From positions 4,030,001-4,094,000 of the forward strand of contig CM075994.1 of the NCBI GenBank assembly GCA_038087875.1: a stretch of DNA of 64,000 bases, in the 5' to 3' direction. The notes below the pieces were generated by a model. The model searched no databases, had not been told where the DNA came from, and worked only from the letters and a program-made list of their open reading frames with translations. The position numbers were made by a program, and so were the translations under genes. The DNA is from Malacoraja senta. Its lineage: Eukaryota. Of this stretch, positions 15,901 to 27,900 are shown piece after piece. The first letter of the stretch is position 1, and each line of letters starts with the position of its first letter.

Positions 15901-18900
15901 GTATGCATAAGACTAACACAGAACATATACTTTTCAAATAATGGCACTCAAGATGAGCAAATCCTTTGTTGCTGTACTTACCAAGAGTTGTACAGTTATC
16001 CACTTTGTTCCATTAATGGCATTCATCACGTTCATTATTCATGGATGGTATGTAAACACCTTTTAATCGTGATAGATTACCATTGAATCTATTCGACACT
16101 GCAGCATGGGCCATATTTGACCAATGAAAAATTAGTATTATATTTAGATGATAAATGTGTCAACCACTATGCTGTGAAAGTGCAAACTGCAATGTTTAGC
16201 CGGCAGGATATTGTGCGAAAATGTATGAATATCATTCAGAGAACAATCTGATAATTGAACATAAAGTGGTAGTTACAATGAAAACGTCAGTATGCAGAAA
16301 CTCTCAAGGATGCTGCTAAAATATATAACTATTGCTCCAAATAATTGTATGTCTGACTTGTCTATTCCTTTAGTTGAAAAAGCTATGGAAATTAAAGGTA
16401 ATTTGGAAATAAAATGTTGTGCAACCACTGCGTACATCACTTTGCTTAAAGATCTTCATTCGAAAATGGAAATGGGTCACTGGCTGGAATTTAGTGTGGA
16501 GGATTAGAGCTGAGGGAGAAATCAGTTACATAATAACCACCGGGATCCTTATCGGGAAATGGACGTAGTTGCGGTATAGCTGCAGAAGAAATTGCTCCGG
16601 GGAATGGTACCGTCCTCCATCCATTGATAAGGATTTCAGCGAACGGCAGCAGGAATTCTTGCAGTGTAGAAAATATGACTAAGATTATCAAGTTTCATAT
16701 GCTTACCACGCGAAGCGTGGATGACAGGATGAAACCAGAAGGAAGTCATAGTCAGGGTAGTAAAGACGCACGATTTCACAGGTAGGAAATAACTAAATTG
16801 CTCCATGTGTTAGGTGCTATTTCGTACAAACAAATATGAAAACAATGCAGAGAAATGCATTGCTGGAGAGCTGGTTAATGAGAAAAAGCTTTAGATTCCG
16901 CGGTAGGCTGACGTCTTAAGTGAACAGGCAAGACATTTCGCAACGTATCTAGGGTAAGGCCAATATCTTCATGTATGTGCTCACTAGAGGATTGGACCCG
17001 TGTGGATATAATTTAATAGAGGAAAAGCTGTAAAAGTGCCAGTGTAAGAAACTAAAATATTTCACAGAGAAGCGGTCAAAGGAGTAGTAAGTGTGCAGAA
17101 GGCGTAATATAATACATATATGTGGACACAGAAATGCTTTAGATTCCTCTATCCTTTGAAAAAATACCGTGATCATGTATGTTAAACATGCCCCGCTCAC
17201 GATTTGCTAAAAATGCAAGGATACCCCTCACCATCTTTCGTATCAGGGAAAACAATCGGAGACTCTTCAGTAACTCCTTGCAATTCCAAACTTCCAGTCC
17301 GCCAACATCCTTGTCATCGCCAGTCATCTTAAAACGATAAACATGTCGGGCTATGGAGTGATGGCAGGGTAGGAAATCGAAGCAGGTTCCACCTTCGAGG
17401 GATAGGTGAGAAGTTAACGGACCAATAATTACAACCAAAGTCTGAAATCAATATCACAATCCTCCATTATGGAAGACAAGACAACGCCGTACGAACCTGA
17501 ATATTTAAAATAATGCATGTAATATTCACATAGCTTTTCTTTATTTCTCCTTGGTGTAGTTCGGACGTATACATAATGTTGTATATTTTGACATTGTCGG
17601 AATGTGTGTAAAATGAATGTTGTGTTCATCTCCAGAATTGAAATCAAAACTGAAGGCCGGTAAGCCTGAATTCAATTAATATGCGCGGAATTGAGTTTAT
17701 TTTGCCTCTACCCAACTCTGTTTATCCCTATGTTTGACATTATGGTCCCTGGTAATGCAATGCCAAAACAATATAATACTTTAAAGTTTTCCGGGACAAT
17801 TCAAGCAACTGAAGAATCCTTCAGCACCAGACAGAATAATAAAACTGAAACTATTTTTTTTGTAATGGTTTATCTTTACCATATTAAATATAGTTAATGT
17901 GGAATCGGAAATAGGAGAGAAGGCATAATCAGGAAAATGTAGCCGTAGTATAAAATTAACTAAGTATGTGTCACTTTCGGGCGTTAGAAGAAAAATGGCA
18001 AATTTTAACTGCTGTTATCTTCAATCCTAACCTAGGAGGAATGTGTGTTCATGATAGTATTCGTTAGGCTAAACGTTGTCCTTTGTTGTTTGCAAACCGA
18101 ACCGTTTCCATGCCTGGTATCTTTATCTCTCTATCAACAACACTGAACAGGTGGAATTATCAGTCTCATCAAACCTAGCCTTGGGCATTTAATCGACGTG
18201 CCCTGACCAATGGAGTTGATATTATGGCAGGAGTGCAGAGAATATCATACAGTAAAGAATGTTGATGTTGGTGTTATGCTCTTGCTATGGGTTGGTAGAA
18301 TTTGTTGGCGCGCAGTTAATGGAATATCAGTTTTAATGTGCCCGTTATAGGACGTCCACTATTCGAAAACACGGAGAAAGATGGGGATTAATCTGGTGGC
18401 GGATCTCCAGATTTCTATCCCCGCGTTTCAGGTCTCCATCTCTAAACACCCCGTTTCTCACATTGTGCACGGAGTCCGAGCACAACTCAATGTTGTGAGC
18501 TGAGAAAACTATTCTGTCCCGGCGGATTAATGTCAAGTACTGATGACATGTTGAAGGGGAACGCTGTCTTCCATTAAAAGCTGGACATTACCGAAACTAA
18601 GTGTTTGCTCTTATATTAACTTTACTTGTTCGAAGACATTGTAATTAATTACACGTAGCACGTAATTTAAGATTAAATATAATTTTGTTTATGCGCTAAA
18701 ATCTGAGTTAGTTTAATGCATCGAATGGTCTTAAATGTTCAATAGTCTTTTAGGTTCATTGGTTCTTTTAGCGCTTCAGAAACAATCACCACTATATGAG
18801 GAGAAAATATGATGAGCGGGTTGGATCTGGGATGCTGCAGATGCTGCAGAAAAAAAGTGTTCGGCACTGAATTGAAGGGCCGAGATGGCCTGTTCCCTTG

Positions 18901-21900
18901 CTGCAATGGTTATATGGTTATATGGTTATATGGTTAGACATACTTTTTTAGAAATCGACTAAATAGGTGTAAAAACTAATATATGCCTCGCAGCCACATA
19001 TTTATTTTACATTTACAGGAGAAGAAGGTAAGGACCTGGCTGCTAAATGTATAGGTACAGTTGTATTTTATACTTTTAACATCTGTATTTTGACATTAAA
19101 ATTTTGGAGAGGTCAATCGATCTACATAGATATAAAAACAAAACTTAAATGTGTTCTTCACTGTTAACATTTCGTGGAATTGACATGTTTGCAGGTTGAA
19201 CTTTCTACTTGGACAGATCAGTAAGTGTAACAGACTCGCTGACATTTTGCAAGCGCGCTATTTTCGGGATATATATTTTTGTAAATAACACTGATTATTA
19301 CAATTAGCTTCAACAAAGATACAAACGATACAAGTTACGATTACAGGTATAACATTAGTTGAGGTATTCCTCTTGGTGACGCTGGAGACTCTTATCATTT
19401 CCCCTCTTCTTACCCTGCGCCCCTCTCAGCTACAGATTTACTTTATCCTTCTTCCAATTGATATCATATTTTATCTCTTCAAATCCAAGGACATCATACC
19501 TTTCAGTTCAAGTTTTAAATCAATTTGATTCGCCTTTTATTTCTGTATCCCTGCCCGGCTCCTTTATTCCCTTCTTTTTTACCAAATAACCTCCATAGTG
19601 GTTGGTTGGAGAAGACATTGTTCGTAATGTTCCTTTTCCGTGATTTTAATTGCGATCCTACAAAAGATGATTTTAAATGTGGTTCTATTCTGCGAGGAGA
19701 TCGACATATTTCCAAAACAGATACATCAGCACAAAAATCTACAGCATACCAAAGGTACGAACGAGTAATTCCAATATTTGATAAAAGATCATCAGTTGTA
19801 CCAAGTGGGTAAGTCGTGTTTTCCCCATTATGTGTCACATTCAAACCATAGGGTCCACAAGCCGTGTCTCTAAAATTGAGACTGAATGACTTTGTGGATA
19901 TGCAAATACAATCTGTACTTATTTGTTTTTCTTTGTTTAAGGTGTGAAAGAGGTGACGTTCTGCTGTTTAAATTACCTTTTTCCCTACCGACCGTTTTTT
20001 CATCCCGGAGCTATTACCTTCGACTACCTTCGACCACATTCGACTACCTACGACTAGCATCACGACCTACTACGACCGGCTTCGACTAGACCTACTACAC
20101 TAAAATAATATCGATTTTTCCCACGGCAACCTATATTTAGTCGCGGTCAATTTTTAACATTTTGAAAAATTCGCCGCGACCTAGCTGAAGCCTTGAGACC
20201 ACTCTCGACCATGAAGGAGAGGAACGAAGACCTCCGACGACCACGTGGCGACCTTGCCGCGACTATGGGTCGCGGGCAAGCTCGCCAGAGGTCGCGGTGG
20301 AGGTCGCCCAAGTGGGACAGGGTTTTTATGCAAACAAAACACCAGTAAGTCAACGTAAAGAACAGCCTGCTAGAAATGTTTATTTTAAAGTGTTGCGATA
20401 GTGAAATTTCTTATTCATGAAACTAAATTTTCGTCAAAAGGAACCTCGGTATTCTCGGAAAGTGTGTACGCGAGTCAGATGAAAAAATTAAGGAATATCG
20501 CTCTGATTATTCAAGATGTTATTGCACCTTTAATAATTTTAGAATTATTCTCTGCCCATTTGAATTCAATTACAATAGGATTTGGAAGATGGGATCACGA
20601 AACAATTGCTGCACCCTCTTGAGCAGCTTAAACTGTTTTGGCTTATACATCCTGAAAACTGTTCGTGGGAGATTATATTAACATCAGCCCAATGTCCATC
20701 AGGATTTCTTGCCTTTTTCATTTGCAGAAGCAACAAGTAATGTTTGCCAGCAGTACAATTCACGGGTTGGAAATTTTATGTAGCATGCTGACTACGTTAT
20801 TAGTGCATTTAGTTAAATGTTGGAGACTAAGTATGTGAGATGGAACTTAAGGTTAATTAATGGCATTCTACTTGAATATAAGGGGAGCTTGGTAAAATAT
20901 CAGTCAGAAATTCTCAAGTCTGAAATCTGTTAAATAAACATGCAGTGCAAATGTCCGAATTTAAACAGCCTACTTGTACTTTAGGGCACTGCAAAATGAT
21001 AGTGATGAGGAACTGAATAATATGTAGCGCTTAGTTTTCCATTATACGTTTCCTGCCGTAACCGAAATTGCCGCAACGCTCAGTGCTGGGACCGCAAATA
21101 TTTACAATATATATTAATTATTTAGATGATGGGATTAAAAGTAAAACTAGAAAATTTGTAGATGACACAAAGCTGGGTGGCAGTGTGAACTGCGAAGAGG
21201 ATGTTAGGAGGTTGCAGGGTGACTTGGACAGATTGAGTGAGTTGAAGGATGCATGGCGGATGCAGTGTAACGTAGATAAACGTGAGGTTATCCACTTTGG
21301 CGGCAAGAACAAGAAAGCAGATTATTATCGAAATGGAGTTAGATTAGGAAAAAGGGAAGCGCCTCGAGACGTGGGTGTCCTTGTACATCAGTCACTGAAA
21401 GTAAATTTGCAGATACAGGATACAAGATACAAGATACAAGATATATTTATTTGTCACATGTGCCAGATGGCACAGTGAAATGTGATCACAATGTGATACA
21501 GCAGGCAGTGAAGAAAGGTAATGGCATGTTGGCCTTCATAACAAGAGGATTTGAGTATAGGAGTAAAGAGGTCCTGCTGCAGGTGTACATGGCTCCGGTG
21601 AGACCACATTTTGAGTATTGTGTGTAATTTTGCTCTCCTAATATAAGGAAGGACATCCTTGCTATTGAGGCACGGCATCGTAAATTCACGAGGTTAATCC
21701 CAGGCATGACGGTACTGTCACATGAGGATAGATTGTAAAGGCTGGGCTTACATTTAACAGAATTTAGAAGGATGAGAGGTGATGTTATAGTAACGTATAA
21801 AATTATAAAAGAACTGGACAAGCTAGATGCAGAAATAAAATTCCCTATTTTGGGGGAGTCCTGAACCACGGGCACAGTCTAAGAATAAAGGGGAGTCCAT

Positions 21901-24900
21901 TTAAAACTGAGATGAGAAAAACTTTTTTACCCAGAGAGTTGTGAATTTGTGGAATTTTCTGTGGCGGAAGGCAATAGAGGCCAATTCCCTAGATGAATTT
22001 GAAAGAGTCAGATAGAGCTCTGAGAGCTAGCGGAATCAAGCGATATGGGGAGAAGGCAGGCACGGGTTACTGATTGTGGATGATCAGCCATGATGGACAA
22101 TGGACAAATGGCCTCGAATGGACAAATGGCCTCCTCCTGCACCTATTTTCTATGTTTCTATGTTAACGATGATAGATAATTGATCGTCTAACGTTAAAGT
22201 GAGTAATTCTGATTTTTTTTAATTTTTTTTTATTAGGAGCGCCCATATGGGAACGATATCTAGGTAAAAAAACATGAACTATTTTTTTGACATTTAATGT
22301 CTTTGAGAGCTTATATGTCTTTATGATACTTACTAGATTTTTCTGACACGAAGAGGCAATAAAATACCAATGAACATAAAATGATCCACCCAAAAGGCGA
22401 CATAAAGAGAACGAAAATAAATACTATGCCCTCTTCACCAGCTCAACACTTATCAGCTTATCTCTCCTGAAATCTCTTCGTTGGAGATTATATAACATCA
22501 GCCCAATGTACATCTCGATTTATTGCCATTTTCATTCGCAGCAACATATAATATCAAGCAGGACCAATAATGCGAAGGGACCTTTATGTAACATGCTGGC
22601 AACGTTATTATTGTATTTAGATATACAGTGCATTCAGAAAGTATTCAGAACCCTTCACTCTTTCCACATTTTGTTATATTGCAGCCTTATATTAAAATTG
22701 ATTACATTCTTTTTTTAAATCATCAATCTACACACGATTCCCCATAATGAAGAAGAGAAAACAGGTGTTTGGACATTGTTGTTAAGTAATTAAAAAGAAA
22801 TAACTGAAATATCACATTTACACATCTATTCAGACCCTTTGATATGACACTCAAATGTGTTTATCTGTTTCCATTCATTATCCTTGAGATGTTTCTATAA
22901 CTTGATTGGAGTCCACCAGTGGTAAACCAAATTGTTTGGACGTGATTTGGAAAGGCGCACACCTGTCTACATAAGTTCTCACGGTTGGCAGTGCACGTCA
23001 GAGCAAAAACCAAGCCATGAAGACGAAGGAATTGGCCGTAGACCTCCAAGACAGGGTGGTGTCGAGACACATATATGCGGAAGGGTATAAAAAATGTCTG
23101 CAGCATTGCATGCCCCGGAGAGCACAGTGGGCTCCGTCATTCTTAAATGGAAGAAGTTTGGAACCACCAGGTATCTTCATAGAGCCGGCCGCCGGCCAAA
23201 CTGAGCAAACGGGCGAGAAGGGCCTTGGTCAGGGAGGTGACCAAGAACCCGATGGTCACTCTGACAGAGCTCCAGTTCCGCTGGTGAGATGGGAGAACCT
23301 TCCAGAAGGACAATTATATCTGCAGCACTCCACCAATCAGGCTTGTCTGGTAGAGTGGGCAGACGGAAACCACGCCTCAGTAAAAGGCTCATGACAGCCC
23401 GCTTGGAGTTTAGCAAAAGGCATGAGAAACAAGATTCTCCGGTCTGGTGAAACCAAGATTGAATTATTTGGCCTGAATGCCAAGCATCACGCCTAGAGGA
23501 AGCCAGACACCGCTCATCACCTGGCGAATACAATACCAAGCGTGAAACATGGTGGTGGCAGCATCATGCTGTGGTGATGTGGGGAGCGGCAGGAACTGGG
23601 AGACTAGTCACGATCGAGGGAAAGATGAACGGAGCAATGTACAGAGAGATCATTGATGAGAACATGCTCCAGAGCGTTCTGGACTTCAGACTGGGGCGGA
23701 GGTTCACATTCCAAAGCGACAATTACCCTAAGCACACACCCAAGACAACGGAGGAGTGGCTTTGTGACAAGTCTGTGAATTTCCTAGAGTGGCCCAGCCA
23801 GAATACGGACTTGAACTCGATCGAACATCTCCGGAGGGTCCTGAAAATAGCTGTGCATCGACGCTCTCCATCCAACCTGACAGAGCTTGAGAGGATCTGC
23901 AGATAAGAATGGGAGAATCTACCCAAATACAGGTGTGCCAAGCTTGTAGCGTCATACCCAAGCTCACTTGGGGCTGTAATCGCTGCCAAAGGCCCCTCAA
24001 CAAAGTACTGAGTGCGATATTTCAGTTCTTTCTTTTGAATTACATTGCAAAATTGTCTAAACACCTGTCTTCGATTTTTTATTATGGGGTATTGTGTGTG
24101 GATTGATGATTAAAAAATGAATTTAATTCATTTTAAAATAAGGCTGTGTCGTAACAAAATGTGGGGAAAGTGAATGGTCTGAATACTTTCTGAACGGACG
24201 GTATGTTGATAGCGAAGGCCAACATAGTTTTACTGATGTTCGTTTTATTCACAAAATGGCATTTGCTACAACTTAAACTGTTATAATTAACGCTCGGATT
24301 CATAGATCCCTATTTACGAAAACAAAATCTTTATATTCTCTAAAGAAACACTGATGTTCCGTTGACTTCATGGTTTGGCCCACTTCATAAAAGACAAATG
24401 TCGGTTCTGAAATGATTGATGGTGAAACACATGAACCACAATATAACTCCTGCAATTAAATGTTATTTCGGATCAAATCGGAACTAATGGACCTTGAACC
24501 AAACCTGTTGAAAGTGTACCGCGTCTCTGGTAGCTTGGCCACAATTTCTGATGCAGTGCAGACAATTAATATCTGGTTTACTGGCAAAAAACCCTGCATT
24601 ATGCGAGACAAGCTTTTGATTTGAAGGAAACATGTTAATTCCACTCTCTGCCCCATTCCTACCCTTACTCGAAGATAGACACAAAAAGCTGGAGTAACTC
24701 AGCGGGACAGGCAGCATCTCTTGAGAGAAAGAATGGGTCACGTTTCGGGTCAAGCCACTTCTTCAGACTGAATGTCATGGGAAAGAAAAACGAGAGATAT
24801 AGACGATGATGTCGCCCATTCAAGTCGCACCAGCTTCTCGTTTTCCCCCAAACAAACAGCTAACATTGGCCTGTTTCCTTTATCGTTGTTATTTTCTTGC

Positions 24901-27900
24901 ATATCTTTCATCCATTGTTCTATATTTCTCTACATCATCATCCATATCTCCCTTTCCCGTGACTTTCCGTCTGAAGAAGGGTCTCGACCCGAAACACCAC
25001 CCATTCCTTCTCTCCAGAGATACTGCTTGTCCCCATGAGTTACCCCAGCTTTTGTGACAATCTTCGATTTAACCCAGCATCTGCAGTTCCTCACTACACA
25101 CCCTTAACTCTCTGTTTTCGGTGTTCTGCATATATTTTACACAATCCAACCTAATCAGAAGTAACAACGTCTTATATGTGTCTTTTTATCGGCAAGATAT
25201 TACAGCTTAGTATTAAAATTAACAATTCCATGAAGCGAACCATTTCCTCTCAATAGATGTGGCTGTCCATTTCAATTTCAATTGGTTTATTTTCTCTCGC
25301 TCTCTCTTCTCGATCTCACTGTTTTCGAAGGAGTTACTATCCTGTTACCATTGATGTATAACTCATCACAGACATAATCTCGCTACCATTTTGCAATTCA
25401 TAACAAGTTTTACCTCCTCATTATTAGTTCCACCTGAAATAATGCGTCGTTTTCTCTTCCCGCGGTCGTGATTTATCCGCAAAATGATCCCGCGATTTTC
25501 TGGACTTATTTTTCGGATACCTAGCATGTGCAGTTAATTTAAACAAATTCTGTTCAAATTCGTAAAGTGGCCCCATTGCCAGAAGATTTCCTTTTGAATT
25601 GTTATCGTTTTATACTGACGCGTATGTACGTATCCATTTTTCTTTAAGAATGCAAAGAACTGCTCCAAAAGACAAGTAAGTAGAACGTGAAAAGACGTGC
25701 TTATTTCTTTTGCTTTTTGGGAATTCCTGGCATAGTTTTGCAACAACGCAAAGCAAACGCAAATTGCACTAACATCATATCTGAGCTAACTTTTAGAATA
25801 TTTCCATGACAAAATCGGTGCAATACTTTGTGCCAAACACATAGCTATTAAAAATTAAAGTAAAATCATGCATTCAACATGAAATGGATATATGTCAACC
25901 CTAAGATAATCCATACTGAAAATAGGTTATATTTGAAACATGTGCATTTCGCCAGAGCATCCACCCCAATTTCTTCGTTTTACCACAAGAAAGTTACAAC
26001 TTCGGGAATCACGGTATGTCACAGAAAAGCAATTGCTTAGATGCTCAGAAATCTATTACTAGGGTAATGCATTTGCAGCCTACCTGTCTGGAAGATTAGC
26101 GTTTCGAACTTATTTAACCAGTATAGTCTCTGACGTTACAGCTACGTCTGAAAAGCATGAGCTACATTTACTTAAGGGTCATGTTTTCCTAAAACAAACT
26201 TTGATTTGCACAAACATACAAATGGTACATATTGCGTCTATTGCTAAAAATTCGATGCACGGCGACAAATCGACGGAGGGTAATGGAAGGCTATGTAGCA
26301 TTGTTCTATAGCAATACATTGGCATACATTACAAGAGAGTCAAGCAGGCAACCCAATCACTGTGATTATGATACAGAGCATCGAAAATTTCAACTAGATA
26401 TTTATTTAAAAGTTCGATTTCAAGATCAACGCCATGGAGATCAGTAAGATTATGCACATCGAATTAACGTCTCGACATTTGGCATACTGCGTTATAAAAA
26501 CGTTGTGGAAAAGTCTGTTAATGTTAAAAAATAAATCTTCTGGGTCATTATTGAGTAGCGGTTTTATATTCCGTTCGTGATATTCCCGAAGTAGCACTAA
26601 ACGGTCTAATGTTAAATAAAGTACGTTCTTCGATACATTTTATTGGTATCTATAATATAATGTATGCACGTTTATATTCATTTATTTGCTTTCAGTGCGA
26701 CAGATCCTTCTTAAAAATGCAGGTAAATAGTCCAGTATTCTGGCCGTTTGAGCTAGTATCCTGGAAAGGGAAAAGTATATCCAGACAATCTTTAGACCTC
26801 TGCCCAATGCATCAAAGATATGCATTTCGTAAATACAAAATGTTTGCTATTCATATTTCTTCTAATATAACCAAATCATTAATACAATATTGATTAATTT
26901 TATTCCCCACTATGGAAATCATTTTCGAGACAGTAGTTGCAGGTCTGACTAAACTTACGCATCCTCAGCCTAATGAATAAACGATGTATTTTACGTACTT
27001 CGTTTATAGCCCGCACAATAATTATTAAAAGTTATCTATTTTGTTAAAACAAAAGGTTATGACTTTAATTGTTTTCTACAATATTTATTTATTTCGCCTC
27101 AAATTTTAATTGGTTCTATTTCAAAAGTGGAGTTTTGACTTTCTAATCGGACGTAACAGGTTAATGATCCTTCACGGTGATCTGATTACATTCGGGACGC
27201 TATCAGGCAATAAATTATTTCGACGCGGCTTTTGTTATTGTATAAATATTCAACACCCGACCACTATAATTTTCGTATCCATCTATATTGTATTCAAGGT
27301 ATATTTTATGTTTATTTCTACATTCCAATACTGTATTGACTTTGTAGACGTTGTTTTTTTAATTCTCTTACACCGGCGTCAAATATAAGAAACGTCATGT
27401 ATTTTATTCCTTTCTCATTGTGATATTAAGAAAATCATTACAATCACATCGCAAGCCTCATTGGAAGAATGGCTACATTTAATTTAAAACAACAGAAGCA
27501 AAGCCTGCGTTCCAGTTTCTTCATGACGACTCATTTTTTTGGGAAAATGCTCTTCTGTAAATTAATTTAATCGCTTGGAAGAAATTTCAAGTATTCGGTG
27601 TGTACCTTTGGAAATGTTATGCCCACATATTTTACAATGCTTTGCCAGTTTAAAATGTAATATCTCGAACGTTCATTTATTGGATTAGGGATTGTTTTCT
27701 TGAATATTAAAAAATAAACGACAAAGGTAAAACCACGCCGACATTAGCTATTGATAACCATTTCTCTCTTTTCTAGAAATTATCCAACTGCAGACAAAGA
27801 TTAAGGAAGCATGTGAGCTTTATTTTAAAAAGGAAATACGTGTTATTTACATCGAACGTGTTTTCAGTTCATAAATAAGTAGCTTTTCCATCAGCTGACG

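Noticed and set aside
20728-20736. 9-nt candidate exon (tttgcag|AAGCAACAA|gtaatg)
   Set aside because: Weak donor, no homology to other exons, could be chance.
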